A DNA stretch of 38,769 nt from positions 1 to 38,769 of the IMG/VR virus record IMGVR_UViG_2778261204_000005. One strand, given 5' to 3'. Position numbers and translations under genes: made by a program. Shown in pieces: positions 8,645 through 18,150 of this stretch (position 1 is the first letter of the stretch; each line of letters opens with the position of its first letter). The notes beneath the pieces were generated by a model. The model was not told where the DNA came from. It saw nothing but the letters and a program-made list of their open reading frames with translations, and did no database searches. This DNA comes from a virus. Taxonomy: Duplodnaviria > Heunggongvirae > Uroviricota > Caudoviricetes.

Positions 8645-8672
8645 AAAACCCGGCGCTGAGGCCGGGTGTTTT
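8645..8672. terminator. bidirectional rho-independent terminator (CCCGGC-GCTGAG-GCCGGG flanked by U/A runs)
   Basis: Ends the cI-orf98 transcript (minus strand) and insulates from plus-strand read-in. Confidence 0.6.
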
Positions 8673-8968
8673 TAGTCTTTTCTTTTGCTTAGCATTTCGT
8701 CGATTTCTAAGTCAATACGATATTGATCTATTGCTTTTCTCTCGTTTGGGGTTGGTATTTTATACTGTTCAATTAGATCTGTTGTGTATTTTATTTCATC
8801 TAATGTGATTTTTATATCAGAGAGAATCTCTTTTATATCAATTAGATGCTCTTCTTCTTTTGCGCGATTAGAGCTATGTTCAATCATTTGAGATAGCTTT
8901 TTGCTAATGCTTAGCAAAACAAAAAGAATGATGACCAAAACAACAACAAAAACTATCAGAAATTCCAT
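8672..8968 (-). CDS. AT-rich single-pass membrane protein co-transcribed with cI (rex-position moron)
   Basis: 98-aa ORF with N-terminal hydrophobic helix and charged coiled-coil-like tail; 40 bp downstream of cI. Confidence 0.55.
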   Translation of the reverse strand: MEFLIVFVVVLVIILFVLLSISKKLSQMIEHSSNRAKEEEHLIDIKEILSDIKITLDEIKYTTDLIEQYKIPTPNERKAIDQYRIDLEIDEMLSKRKD

Positions 8969-9008
8969 TATCCCTCCGCACTTCCGTAAGTCTTCTTCTG
9001 ATTATCGG

Positions 9009-9716
9009 TTACCAACTATGAGACGACCAGAATACTCTGCCAATAATCCTTACGGTTTCATGAAATTCATCTCTATCCATTACTTCATCCGGGTACTCTT
9101 CGCGATTTATTGATCTGATTATCACCGATGTAGGGGTGGCGATTAATGTTTTTACTCGTAACAAATCAGACTGGCAAATAGCGTAGGTTTTACCATCTCT
9201 GATTGTGGTATCTTGCGTGTTAACACCAACAACATCGCCATCGTGAAGCGTTGGTTCCATGCTTTGCCCTACAACCCTAACTAGCTTGGCTGATCTTTCT
9301 GATACTCCCATCTTTTTCAGATAGTGCTTTCTGAAAACCAAAGAGAACTCCGATGATTCCTCTAGCTCGCAGCTACCGCTTCCAGCTGAAAGCGAAACGT
9401 TAAGAAGAGGCAACGCAACAAACTCGTCATCGTTTCTTTTAATGTCTTCCCATACCACAGCTTTTAAAGATGACTCACGGACATTGGATGGTTCTTCATG
9501 TGCACCATCCCTCATTTCACCAATACCAGAACTAAGCCATTCAGGACGCACTTTTAAAGCATTGGCTAATTCAACCATCTTGCGAGATCCGTTTGTTTTA
9601 CCGGACGACATCTTCTGTATGGCTGGCTGAGATATTCCAACCATGTCAGCAAGCTGTGATTGTGATACCCCTGCTGAGCTCATGGCTGCATTTAGTCTTT
9701 CTGCGAATGTTTTCAT
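9009..9716 (-). CDS. cI: CI-type prophage repressor (HTH plus LexA-like S24 peptidase domain)
   Basis: HTH (QSQLADMVGISQPAIQKM) and S24 motif GQSMEPTL with downstream Lys; start set at ATG MKTFAERL; the track ORF extends to 9746 from a non-ATG start. Confidence 0.8.
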   Translation of the reverse strand: MKTFAERLNAAMSSAGVSQSQLADMVGISQPAIQKMSSGKTNGSRKMVELANALKVRPEWLSSGIGEMRDGAHEEPSNVRESSLKAVVWEDIKRNDDEFVALPLLNVSLSAGSGSCELEESSEFSLVFRKHYLKKMGVSERSAKLVRVVGQSMEPTLHDGDVVGVNTQDTTIRDGKTYAICQSDLLRVKTLIATPTSVIIRSINREEYPDEVMDRDEFHETVRIIGRVFWSSHSW

Positions 9717-9728
9717 ACCCACAAATCT

Positions 9729-9791
9729 ATAACTACGGTTATCCAAAGTAAAATAACAAAGGTTATTGCTATTTTTTATAACTTGAGTTAT
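9729..9791. promoter_or_regulatory. OR operators (three 14-bp ATAAC-N4-GTTAT sites at ~24-25-bp spacing) with divergent PRM/PR
   Basis: ATAACTACGGTTAT, ATAACAAAGGTTAT, ATAACTTGAGTTAT between cI and cro. Confidence 0.7.
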
Positions 9792-9827
9792 CTTTGGTTA
9801 TAAGTAATGACCACAAGAGGTATGCTC

Positions 9828-10052
9828 ATGAATTTAGTAATTCAACGAGCCTTGAAAATTGTCGGTAGCCAAAAGCGCCTTGCCGACAAGTGTGGTGTAA
9901 CGCAGCCAGCAGTACACAAATGGCTGAAAGGCGGGTTGGTCTCTCCAGAGAAAGTTACCGCCATCGTTAACGCCACTGGAGGGCAGATCAAGGCTTACGA
10001 AATTCGCCCCGATTTGCCACACCTGTTTCCAAAACCGAATCAGGCAGCATAA
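9828..10052 (+). CDS. cro: Cro-like HTH repressor
   Basis: HTH GSQKRLADKCGVTQPAVHKW; start chosen at third in-frame ATG which has an AAGAGG RBS (track ORF starts at 9807). Confidence 0.65.
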   Translation: MNLVIQRALKIVGSQKRLADKCGVTQPAVHKWLKGGLVSPEKVTAIVNATGGQIKAYEIRPDLPHLFPKPNQAA

Positions 10053-10059
10053 GTAACAC

Positions 10060-10104
10060 CGCTCTTTAACAGTCATGGTCCTCATTCCCGCCGAAATGCG
10101 GGAA
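10060..10104 (+). promoter_or_regulatory. nutR: boxA CGCTCTTTA and boxB hairpin TTCCCGC-CGAAAT-GCGGGAA
   Basis: Canonical boxA followed ~16 nt later by the hairpin, between cro and cII. Confidence 0.7.
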
Positions 10105-10161
10105 TACAACGCGCATAAGTTGATGCGCATAACTTCTTATTTGTTAAGGAAATACTTACAT

Positions 10162-10458
10162 ATGGTTCGTGCAAACAAACGCAACGAGGCTCTAAGAATC
10201 GAGAGTGCGTTGCTTAACAAAATCGCAATGCTTGGAACTGAGAAGACAGCGGAAGCTGTGGGAGTTGATAAGTCGCAGATCAGCAGGTGGAAGAGGGATT
10301 GGATTCCAAAGTTCTCAATGCTGCTTGCTGTTCTTGAATGGGGTGTCGTCGACGACGACATGGCTCGATTGGCACGACAAGTTGCTTCGATTCTCACCAA
10401 TAAAAAACGCCCGGTGTGCAAGACCGAGCGTTCTGATCAAATACAAATGGAATTTTAA
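10162..10458 (+). CDS. cII: transcriptional activator CII, essentially lambda CII
   Basis: MVRANKRNEALRIESALLNKIAMLGTEKTAEAVGVDKSQISRWKRDW... recognised as lambda CII; track ORF has a spurious N-terminal extension. Confidence 0.9.
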   Translation: MVRANKRNEALRIESALLNKIAMLGTEKTAEAVGVDKSQISRWKRDWIPKFSMLLAVLEWGVVDDDMARLARQVASILTNKKRPVCKTERSDQIQMEF

Positions 10459-10480
10459 CAACATCCAACGAGGTAATTAT

Positions 10481-10753
10481 ATGCGAAACAAAGGCTTTAA
10501 TCCACCTGATACACACAAAGAAGCTAAGCGTTTGCGCTTCCTTCGTTCCATTGATGAAAGAACTCAAATCTCTTTTGTGAAAGTTGCCAGAACTGAGCTT
10601 CTGAAGGCTGAGGCGAGGGCGTTGCTCCCGTCTCTACCAAAAGAGGAGGGATATACGTTCATTCCAAACGCATTTCTGGAAAAGCTGCTCAAAGAAGACA
10701 TATCCGTAAGTCAGTTTAACGATGTTCTTAAGGTCTTTCGTCAAGGCAGGTAG
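10481..10753 (+). CDS. hypothetical 90-aa protein between cII and the replication initiator
   Basis: Internal ATG with GAGG RBS just after cII stop. Confidence 0.5.
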   Translation: MRNKGFNPPDTHKEAKRLRFLRSIDERTQISFVKVARTELLKAEARALLPSLPKEEGYTFIPNAFLEKLLKEDISVSQFNDVLKVFRQGR

Positions 10754-10755
10754 TT

Positions 10756-11703
10756 ATGAGCAATACAGCAAAAATCTACGATTTCAGCGCCGCACACGAG
10801 CGCAGGAGCAACAGGATGGAGAACCAGAAAACTGGTTACATTCCGTTGTACCGGAGCATTCTGAAACAGTCATGGGCGAAAGATGTTTATCTTCGCACCC
10901 TGTGGGAAAACCTTCTCCTGAATGCCGCCAGAAAGCCATACAAAGCGAATTTCAAAGGTCATGAATGGCATCTGCAACCCGGTCAACTGGTTGTGACAGC
11001 AGCTGATTTAGGTCTTCAGTTATGCGACAGGCATGGCAAGCCAGCAAGCCGTGATCAGGTTGAGCGGATGCTTCAGGTTTTTGTGAAAGAGGGGATGATC
11101 TCCATTGATGGAGAGAAGCAAAAAGGTCGTGTGATAACCATCACAAATTACCATGAATATGCTCAAAAAATGGACAATTTACCCGCACATGAAGCCGCAC
11201 AAACAACCGCACATGATGCCGCACATGACGAAGACAGTAATGGCGCGGCTTTCAGCGCACATGCCGCACATGAAAGCGCACATGAAGCCGCACAAACAAC
11301 CGCACATCATGAACAAGAAGGTATTAACAAGAATATAAATAATACCCCCCTACCCCCCAATGGGGGAGGCGATGGGCAGGTTAAACCTGAACGTCGCAAG
11401 GCAGAACGAATCGACTACGAATCCTTCCTGAACGCCTACAACACCGAAGTCGGTGACAGACTGCCACACGCTGTTGCGGTCAACGAGAAACGCAAACGCC
11501 GCCTGAAGAAAATCATCCCACAACTGAAAACGCCAAACGTGGACGGTTTCAGAGCGTATGTCAGGGCGTTTGTGCATCAGGCCAAGCCGTTTTACTTCGG
11601 AGACAACGACACTGGCTGGACGGCAGATTTTGATTACCTGCTGAGGGAAGATTCGTTAACGGGAGTACGGGAAGGGAAGTTTGCAGACAGGGGGATTGCA
11701 TGA
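10756..11703 (+). CDS. replication initiator, O-like (ori iterons inside the gene)
   Basis: N-terminus [10 protein letters not shown] resembles lambda O MTNTAKILNF; internal repeated HEAAQTTAH peptide encoded by DNA iterons. Confidence 0.7.
   Translation: MSNTAKIYDFSAAHERRSNRMENQKTGYIPLYRSILKQSWAKDVYLRTLWENLLLNAARKPYKANFKGHEWHLQPGQLVVTAADLGLQLCDRHGKPASRDQVERMLQVFVKEGMISIDGEKQKGRVITITNYHEYAQKMDNLPAHEAAQTTAHDAAHDEDSNGAAFSAHAAHESAHEAAQTTAHHEQEGINKNINNTPLPPNGGGDGQVKPERRKAERIDYESFLNAYNTEVGDRLPHAVAVNEKRKRRLKKIIPQLKTPNVDGFRAYVRAFVHQAKPFYFGDNDTGWTADFDYLLREDSLTGVREGKFADRGIA
11183..11345. repeat. origin of replication: tandem iterons (CCGCACATGA-type units) followed by an AT-rich stretch
   Basis: At least five directly repeated ~10-12-bp units inside the O-like gene, then a ~35-bp AT-rich segment. 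Confidence 0.65.
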
Positions 11704-13076
11704 GACAGGATATCGAAGCGAGCGTTATCGGTGGCCTGCTGATTGGTGGATTAACTCCAACCGCCAGCGACGTTCTGGCAACGCTGGAGCCGGAAGCGTT
11801 TTCAATTCCGCTCTACCGGAAAGCCTTCGAGGTTATCCGCAAGCAGGCGAGAAACAGAAACCTAATCGATGCGCTGATGGTTGCCGAGGCGTGCGGAGAG
11901 GAGCATTTCACGTCAATCCTGATGACCAGCAAAAACTGCCCGAGTGCCGCAAACCTGAAGGGATATGCCGGAATGGTCGCGGATAACTATCACCGCCGTC
12001 TGGTGCTGGAAATCATGGATGAAATGCGTGAACCAATTCAGAGCGGAACCATCGACGCATCGAGTCAGGCGATGGATGAGCTTGTAAAGCGTCTTTCAGC
12101 CATCAGAAAGCCCCGTGACGAGGTTAAGCCGGTACGGTTAGGGGAAATCATCACCGACTACACTGACACGCTTGACAGGCGTCTGAGGAACGGAGAAGAG
12201 TCCGATACCCTGAAGACCGGAATCGAAGAACTTGATGCCATCACCGGAGGGATGAACTCGGAAGACCTGGTGATAATCGCTGCTCGTCCTGGTATGGGGA
12301 AAACCGAACTGGCGCTGAAGATTGCCGAAGGCGTTGCAAGCCGCGTTATTCCTGGTTCTGACGTCCGGCGCGGAGTGTTGATTTTCTCAATGGAAATGAG
12401 CGCATTGCAGATTGCAGAGCGAAGCATTGCCAACGCCGGGAGGATGTCGGTTAGCGTACTGCGAAATCCTGCATCGATGGATGACGAAGGCTGGGCGCGT
12501 GTTGCTAACGGCATGAGTCAGCTTGCAGATTTGGATGTATGGGTAGTCGATGCCTCGCGGTTATCGGTCGAAGAAATACGCTCAATCGCAGAACGGCACA
12601 AACAGGAAAATCCAAACCTCTCACTCATCATGGCGGATTATCTTGGTCTGATTGAGAAGCCGAAAGCAGATCGCAACGACCTCGCAATTGCTCACATCTC
12701 CGGAAGCCTGAAGGCGATGGCGAAAGACCTGAAAACGCCAGTTATATCCCTAAGTCAGCTTTCGCGCGATGTTGAGAAGCGACCAAACAAACGCCCGACA
12801 AACGCAGATTTGCGTGATTCAGGAAGCATTGAGCAGGACGCAGACTCAATCATCATGCTCTATCGGGAAGCGGTATATGACGAGAACAGTAGCGCCGCGC
12901 CATTTGCTGAAATCATCGTGACGAAAAACCGTTTTGGCTCACTTGGTACGGTTTACCAGCGGTTCTGCAACGGACACTTTGTTGCATGCGACCAGGATGA
13001 AGCCAGGCAGATTTGCACAGCATCAAATGCACCCGCTGCACGTGGCAGACGATATGCACAAGGGGCTGACGTATGA
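11700..13076 (+). CDS. DnaB-like replicative helicase (P22 gene 12-type)
   Basis: 458 aa, Walker A GMGKT, DnaB N-terminal signature. Confidence 0.85.
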   Translation: MRQDIEASVIGGLLIGGLTPTASDVLATLEPEAFSIPLYRKAFEVIRKQARNRNLIDALMVAEACGEEHFTSILMTSKNCPSAANLKGYAGMVADNYHRRLVLEIMDEMREPIQSGTIDASSQAMDELVKRLSAIRKPRDEVKPVRLGEIITDYTDTLDRRLRNGEESDTLKTGIEELDAITGGMNSEDLVIIAARPGMGKTELALKIAEGVASRVIPGSDVRRGVLIFSMEMSALQIAERSIANAGRMSVSVLRNPASMDDEGWARVANGMSQLADLDVWVVDASRLSVEEIRSIAERHKQENPNLSLIMADYLGLIEKPKADRNDLAIAHISGSLKAMAKDLKTPVISLSQLSRDVEKRPNKRPTNADLRDSGSIEQDADSIIMLYREAVYDENSSAAPFAEIIVTKNRFGSLGTVYQRFCNGHFVACDQDEARQICTASNAPAARGRRYAQGADV

Positions 13077-13157
13077 CCGTCTACATCACTGAGATAATAA
13101 CAGGGGCTATTTACACAGTAGCCCTTTTTTATTGGATTAAGAACGAGGGGGATCCTG

Positions 13158-13370
13158 ATGGACACCGTTAACGGAATGTGTTCAGACGCACCGCGTGCCA
13201 AAAAATGTAAATGCGGAAAATCACCGACAATATTCGACATGGAGAACGGGTGCCAAATCTACTGCGCTAACCACGCCGCTGTGGCGGCCGCGAATTATCG
13301 CAGTGCGGTAACGGAGTGGAATAACCTGAAATCTGTTAGAGAGGGAAGTCATGAAAAAACTAACCTTTGA
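13158..13370 (+). CDS. hypothetical Cys-rich small protein
   Basis: 70-aa ORF with CKCG...C..YC pattern. Confidence 0.4.
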   Translation: MDTVNGMCSDAPRAKKCKCGKSPTIFDMENGCQIYCANHAAVAAANYRSAVTEWNNLKSVREGSHEKTNL

Positions 13371-13791
13371 AATTCGATCTCCAGCACATCAGCAAAACGC
13401 TATTCACGCAGTACAGCAAATCCTTCCAGACCCAACCAAACCAATCGTAGTAACCATTCAGGAACGCAACCGCAGCTTAGACCAAAACAGGAAGCTATGG
13501 GCCTGCTTAGGTGACGTCTCTCGTCAGGTTGAATGGCATGGTCGCTGGCTGGATGCAGAAAGCTGGAAGTGTGTGTTTACCGCAGCATTAAAGCAGCAGG
13601 ACGTTGTTCCTAACCTTGCCGGGAATGGCTTTGTGGTAATAGGCCAGTCAACCAGCAGGATGCGTGTAGGCGAATTTGCGGAGCTATTAGAGCTTATACA
13701 GGCATTCGGTACAGAGCGTGGCGTTAAGTGGTCAGACGAAGCGCGACTGGCTCTGGAGTGGAAAGCGAGATGGGGAGATCGGGCAGCATGA
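13351..13791 (+). CDS. ninB: NinB recombination protein
   Basis: Recognised as lambda NinB-like, 146 aa. Confidence 0.85.
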   Translation: MKKLTFEIRSPAHQQNAIHAVQQILPDPTKPIVVTIQERNRSLDQNRKLWACLGDVSRQVEWHGRWLDAESWKCVFTAALKQQDVVPNLAGNGFVVIGQSTSRMRVGEFAELLELIQAFGTERGVKWSDEARLALEWKARWGDRAA

Positions 13792-13961
13792 TGCGATGTT
13801 ATCGGTGCGGTGAATGCAAAGAAGATAACCGCTTCCGACCAAATCAACCTTACTGGAATCGATGGTGTCTCCGGTGTGAAAGAACACCAACAGGGGTGTT
13901 ACCACTACCGCAGGAAAAGGAGGACGTGTGGCGAGACAGCGACGAAGCATTACTCAAATAG
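13788..13961 (+). CDS. ninD: NinD-like small zinc-ribbon protein
   Basis: 57-aa [19 protein letters not shown]... starting at an ATGA overlap with ninB stop. Confidence 0.65.
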   Translation: MMRCYRCGECKEDNRFRPNQPYWNRWCLRCERTPTGVLPLPQEKEDVWRDSDEALLK

Positions 13962-14059
13962 CGTTAGACAACCTGATTTTTACTCCTACCAAACGCACCA
14001 AATCCCGCAAGAAACCAATCCCCACAGAAAGCCAGGTAAAGACATTCGATTATGTCTAA
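13928..14059 (+). CDS. ninE: NinE-like small basic protein (start uncertain, possibly GTG)
   Basis: Frame encodes ...RQRRSIT...[24 protein letters not shown], resembling lambda NinE; no clear ATG; coordinates approximate. Confidence 0.3.
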   Translation: MARQRRSITQIALDNLIFTPTKRTKSRKKPIPTESQVKTFDYV

Positions 14060-14100
14060 GGGCTGTTACAGGCCAAATGGAACCGCATGAGGAAAACAAG

Positions 14101-14271
14101 GTGATTGACCCAAATCGAAGTTACGAACAAGAAAGCGTCGAGCGGGCTTTAACGTGCGCTAACTGCGGTCAGAAGCTGCATGTGCTGGAAGTTCATGTGT
14201 GTGAGCACTGCTGCGCAGAACTGATGAGCGATCCGAATAGCTCAATGTACGAGGAAGAAGACGATGAATGA
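14101..14271 (+). CDS. ninF: NinF-like small Cys-rich protein
   Basis: VIDPNRSYEQESVERALTCANCGQKLHVLEVHVCEHCC...; GTG start with GAGGA RBS preferred over upstream ATG at 14077. Confidence 0.55.
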   Translation: MIDPNRSYEQESVERALTCANCGQKLHVLEVHVCEHCCAELMSDPNSSMYEEEDDE

Positions 14272-14986
14272 GTTAATAAATGGCAATGCCATCAAAATGA
14301 CAAGCATTGAAATTGCTGAGTTGGTTGGTAAGCGTCATGACAATGTGAAACGTACCATCGAAACGCTGGCTAAAAATGGTGTTATCCGGCTTCCTCAAAT
14401 TGAGGTTTCCGAAAGAATCAATAACTTAGGGTTCAATGTTCAGTACGAGCATTACGTCTTCGAAGGCGAACAAGGTAAGCGAGATAGTATTGTTGTTGTT
14501 GCCCAGTTGTCACCAGAGTTCACCGCTCGCCTTGTTGACCGCTGGCGAGAGCTTGAAGAAGCTGCGGTTAATATCCCCAAAACGCTACCGGAAGCGTTGC
14601 GCCTTGCTGCTGACCTTGCTGAGCAGAAAATGCAACTGGAAAACCAGCTCGCAATTGCCGCACCTAAAGTTGAGTTTGCCGATCGCGTTGGCGAGGCCAG
14701 CGGAATTTTGATTGGAAACTTTGCAAAGGTTGTTGGAATTGGTCCAAACAAACTGTTTGCGTGGATGCGCGATCACAAAATCCTTATTGCTTCAGGTTCC
14801 CGGCGCAATGTGCCAATGCAGGAATATATGGATCGCGGCTATTTCACAGTGAAAGAAACAGCGGTCAACACAAATCACGGAATACAGATATCGTTCACCA
14901 CAAAAATCACCGGGCGTGGTCAACAGTGGCTGACCAGAAAGCTGCTCGATAACGGAATGCTGAAAGTAACAGGGGAGGCTGCTTAA
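14264..14986 (+). CDS. Rha-family phage regulatory protein / antirepressor with KilA-C-type C-terminal domain
   Basis: N-terminal Rha-like motif (TSIEIAELVGKRHDNVKRTIETL). Confidence 0.65.
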   Translation: MNELINGNAIKMTSIEIAELVGKRHDNVKRTIETLAKNGVIRLPQIEVSERINNLGFNVQYEHYVFEGEQGKRDSIVVVAQLSPEFTARLVDRWRELEEAAVNIPKTLPEALRLAADLAEQKMQLENQLAIAAPKVEFADRVGEASGILIGNFAKVVGIGPNKLFAWMRDHKILIASGSRRNVPMQEYMDRGYFTVKETAVNTNHGIQISFTTKITGRGQQWLTRKLLDNGMLKVTGEAA

Positions 14987-15276
14987 TGGCTAACCTACGT
15001 AAAGAAGCGCGCGGCAGAGAATGCCAGGTACGTATTTACGGCGTATGCAATGGCAATCCTGAAACTACAGTTCTGGCACATTACCGGATGGCTGGAATTT
15101 GCGGAACTGGAATGAAGCCTGACGACCTGATCGGTGCATGGGCTTGTAGTGCGTGTCACGATGAAATAGACCGACGCACCCATAATCTCGACAACAAAGA
15201 CGCCAGACTTTACCACCTCGAAGGCGTGATCAGGACGCAGGCGATACTGCTGAAGGAGGGGAAGATTAAGTCATGA
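14986..15276 (+). CDS. DUF1364 (YbcO-like) protein
   Basis: RGRECQVRIYGVCNGNPETTVLAH...CSACHDEIDRR pattern as in DLP12 YbcO. Confidence 0.65.
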   Translation: MANLRKEARGRECQVRIYGVCNGNPETTVLAHYRMAGICGTGMKPDDLIGAWACSACHDEIDRRTHNLDNKDARLYHLEGVIRTQAILLKEGKIKS

Positions 15277-15635
15277 ACGAATATCAGTTTGTGCTTCCAT
15301 ACCCGCCGTCGGTGAACACCTACTGGCGAAGACGGGGAAACCAATACTACATCAGCGATAAAGGCCAGAAATACCGAAAAGACGTTCAGCAAATCATCCG
15401 CCAACTCAAGTTAGACATTTTCACCAAATCACGACTCCGCATCAAAGTCATCGCAGACGTTCCAGACTCCCGCCGCCGCGACCTCGATAACATCCTGAAG
15501 GGTTTACTCGACTCCCTTATCCACGCCGGATTTGCGGAAGACGACGAGCAATTCGATGACATTCGTGTAATTCGTGGTGTGAAAGTACCAGGCGGAAGGC
15601 TTGGAATAAAAATCACCGAACTGGAGAACGCATGA
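15273..15635 (+). CDS. rusA: Holliday-junction resolvase RusA
   Basis: RusA family pattern incl. RRRDLDN. Confidence 0.8.
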   Translation: MNEYQFVLPYPPSVNTYWRRRGNQYYISDKGQKYRKDVQQIIRQLKLDIFTKSRLRIKVIADVPDSRRRDLDNILKGLLDSLIHAGFAEDDEQFDDIRVIRGVKVPGGRLGIKITELENA

Positions 15636-15820
15636 ACGCCACAATTCAAACGATACCAGATCTTCTTATCCAGACACGAGGCAATCAGACCGAAGTGGCA
15701 AGGATGCTTTCCTGCGCAAGAGGAACAGTGCTCAAGTACAACCGAGACAGCAAAGGCGAGCGTCACGTAATAGTTAACGGCGTCCTGATGGTCAAACAGG
15801 GCAAGAGGGGAAGACGATGA
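15632..15820 (+). CDS. ninH: NinH-like protein
   Basis: IPDLLIQTRGNQTEVARMLSCARGTVLKY resembles lambda NinH. Confidence 0.7.
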   Translation: MNATIQTIPDLLIQTRGNQTEVARMLSCARGTVLKYNRDSKGERHVIVNGVLMVKQGKRGRR

Positions 15821-16335
15821 GCATAAGAGAACTAAACCTCACCAAAGAACAGCACGATTGGCTGAATGGCTGGCTTGAACTGTGGGGCGCATGGGTTTAT
15901 TCAGGCCGCCTGGAAAAGCGCATGAGCAGCGTAATAGCGAAGTTCATGGAGAGCGTAGAGCCGGGAAGAGTTATGACAAGGCCAATGTGTAATGATGATG
16001 ATGGAATGTTGATTTCTCAGGTCGTCGATTCCGTCATGTACATTGACAAGAGAGCCTTTGGCATCCTCCTCAGCTACTACGCTCATGGTTCATCTAAGCG
16101 AGCAATTGCATCCTACTATCACGCGACTGCAAAGCCACGCAAGATGTGTGGGCGTGGTGGCGAGGGATGGAGAAAACCTTCACTGGCAACCTGTAGAAAC
16201 GAAATTGACGACATCCTGAAAGCGTCGTTATTTGTTTTGTACCAACCAATGCAAAATGCTTTCAAAATGCGTAAACGTGTTGAGAAAGTTAAGCATGTTG
16301 CTGTTAAAAGCCTTGACATGCAATTATCCATTTAG
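15817..16335 (+). CDS. Q: late-gene antiterminator Q (P22 gp23 / QuuD-type)
   Basis: LELWGAW and PMCNDDDGMLI motifs as recalled for QuuD-type Q; followed by PR'. Confidence 0.7.
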   Translation: MSIRELNLTKEQHDWLNGWLELWGAWVYSGRLEKRMSSVIAKFMESVEPGRVMTRPMCNDDDGMLISQVVDSVMYIDKRAFGILLSYYAHGSSKRAIASYYHATAKPRKMCGRGGEGWRKPSLATCRNEIDDILKASLFVLYQPMQNAFKMRKRVEKVKHVAVKSLDMQLSI

Positions 16336-16342
16336 CCATAAT
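16313..16342 (+). promoter_or_regulatory. late promoter PR' (TTGACA -18 bp- CATAAT) overlapping the end of Q; qut expected here
   Basis: Consensus -35 and near-consensus -10 read directly. Confidence 0.6.
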
Positions 16343-16355
16343 TAGAAGGTAAGCT

Positions 16356-16394
16356 GCCGTTAGTGACTCTTAAGTTGCAACGGTGGCTTTTTTT
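16356..16394 (+). terminator. tR'-like terminator (hairpin plus T7 run) just downstream of PR'
   Basis: CCGTT...AACGG stem followed by TTTTTTT. Confidence 0.5.
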
Positions 16395-16932
16395 GTTTGC
16401 ACAACAGGTAAGAGCATTGAACCCGCAGACCTCGCGGAATTGGTGAAAGGTGCCGCGCAGTGCTCTTATCGTTGTGGTGAATACGCAGGCTGATGCGTTA
16501 ATCAGGTGAACGAGATACCCGCCGGTCCGTGATATGGCACACCGTGCCGGTCATATCTGCCGCGGTTAGGTTTACGATGATTTCGTAAAGCTGGTCTAGG
16601 GTGAAGCCGTGAAAGCGGAGGAAGTAAAACGAGGCGTCGGTACACGCCTATCGTCATTAAGTCGGAGTTCAGCACCGACCGCCACAACCCAAACTGAGCC
16701 GTAGCCACTGGCTATCCTGAATTCATCAGTGATAGTTATGCTGCGGCCTTCTACACATGATCTTCGTGAAAGCGGGTGGCAAGAGGCTGCGCTAACAACC
16801 TCCTGCCGTTTTGCCCGTGCATATTGGTCACGAACAAATCTGATTACTAAACACAGTAGCCTGGATTTGTTCTATCAGTAATCGACCTTATTCCTAATTA
16901 AATAGAGCAAATCCCCTTATTGGGGGTAAGAC

Positions 16933-17256
16933 ATGAAGATGCCAGAAAAACATGACCTGTTAGCCGCCATTCTCGCGGCAAAGGAACAAGGCATCGGGGC
17001 AATCCTTGCGTTTGCAATGGCGTACCTTCGCGGCAGATATAATGGCGGTGCGTTTACAAAAACAGTAATCGACGCAACGATGTGCGCCATTATCGCCTGG
17101 TTCATTCGTGACCTTCTCGACTTCGCCGGACTAAGTAGCAATCTCGCTTATATAACGAGCGTGTTCATCGGCTACATCGGTACTGACACGATTGGTTCGC
17201 TTATCAAACGCTTCGCTGCTAAAAAAGCCGGAGTAGAAGATGGTGGAAATCAATAA
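16933..17256 (+). CDS. S: holin S (lambda-type, dual-start MKM)
   Basis: Recognised as essentially identical to lambda S. Confidence 0.95.
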   Translation: MKMPEKHDLLAAILAAKEQGIGAILAFAMAYLRGRYNGGAFTKTVIDATMCAIIAWFIRDLLDFAGLSSNLAYITSVFIGYIGTDTIGSLIKRFAAKKAGVEDGGNQ

Positions 17257-17716
17257 TCAACGTAAGGCGTTCCTCGATATGCTGGCGTGGTCAGAGGGAA
17301 CTGATAACGGACGTCAGAAAACCAGAAATCATGGTTATGACGTCATTGTAGGCGGAGAGCTATTCACTGATTACTCCGATCACCCTCGCAAACTTGTCAC
17401 GCTAAACCAAAAACTCAAATCAACAGCAGCCGGACGTTACCAGCTTCTTTCCCGTTGGTGGGATGCCTACCGTAAGCAGCTTGGCCTGAAAGATTTCTCT
17501 CCGAAAAGCCAGGACGCTGTGGCATTGCAGCAGATTAAGGAACGTGGCGCTTTACCGATGATTGATCGCGGTGATATTCGTCAGGCTATCGACCGTTGCA
17601 GCAATATCTGGGCTTCACTTCCGGGGGCTGGTTATGGCCAGTTCGAGCATAAGGCTGACAGCCTGATTGCAAAATTCAAAGAAGCTGGCGGAACAGTCAG
17701 AGAGATTGAGGTATGA
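17240..17716 (+). CDS. R: endolysin R (lytic transglycosylase)
   Basis: Recognised as essentially identical to lambda R, 158 aa. Confidence 0.95.
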   Translation: MVEINNQRKAFLDMLAWSEGTDNGRQKTRNHGYDVIVGGELFTDYSDHPRKLVTLNQKLKSTAAGRYQLLSRWWDAYRKQLGLKDFSPKSQDAVALQQIKERGALPMIDRGDIRQAIDRCSNIWASLPGAGYGQFEHKADSLIAKFKEAGGTVREIEV

Positions 17717-18150
17717 GCAGAGTAACCGCGATTATCTCCGCTCTGGTTATCTGCATCATCGTCTGTCTGTCATGGGCTGTTAATCATTACCGTGATAACG
17801 CCATGACCTACAAAGAGCAGCGCGATAAAGCCACATCCATCATCGCTGACATGCAGAAGCGTCAACGTGATGTAGCAGAACTCGACGCCAGATACACAAA
17901 GGAGCTTGCTGATGCTAACGCGACTATCGAAAGTCTCCGTGCTGATGTTTCTGCTGGGCGTAAGCGCCTGCAAGTCGCCGCCACCTGTGCAAAGTCAACG
18001 ACCGGAGCCAGCAGCATGGGCGATGGAGAAAGCCCAAGACTTACAGCAGATGCTGAACTCAATTATTACCGTCTCCGAAGTGGAATCGACAGGATAACCG
18101 CACAGGTTAACTACTTGCAGGAGTACATCAGGACGCAGTGCCTTCGATGA
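17713..18150 (+). CDS. Rz: i-spanin Rz
   Basis: N-terminal TM, coiled-coil periplasmic domain; follows R. Confidence 0.85.
   Translation: MSRVTAIISALVICIIVCLSWAVNHYRDNAMTYKEQRDKATSIIADMQKRQRDVAELDARYTKELADANATIESLRADVSAGRKRLQVAATCAKSTTGASSMGDGESPRLTADAELNYYRLRSGIDRITAQVNYLQEYIRTQCLR
17906..18097 (+). CDS. Rz1: o-spanin Rz1 lipoprotein, embedded in +1 frame of Rz
   Basis: Signal peptide with lipobox (LGVSAC), proline-rich mature part, wholly inside Rz. Confidence 0.75.
   Translation: MLMLTRLSKVSVLMFLLGVSACKSPPPVQSQRPEPAAWAMEKAQDLQQMLNSIITVSEVESTG

Noticed and set aside
10205-10480. N-terminal extension of ORF 10205..10753 overlapping cII
   Set aside because: Overlaps the well-recognised cII in another frame; the internal ATG at 10481 with an RBS just after cII stop is the credible start.
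11153-11338. ORF 11153..11338 (+) encoding an H/K/M-rich repetitive peptide
   Set aside because: It is the alternate-frame translation of the ori iterons inside the O-like gene; the repeats explain it.
16395-16932. ~540-bp ORF-free stretch between the tR'-like terminator and holin S, including track ORF 16502..16708 (-); considered as a possible cargo or toxin slot or a tRNA/ncRNA locus
   Set aside because: The sequence immediately upstream of S reads like the lambda late leader (the S start context is lambda-like); no tRNA-like T-arm or cloverleaf was found; the minus-strand ORF has no RBS and odd composition. Most likely ordinary late leader.
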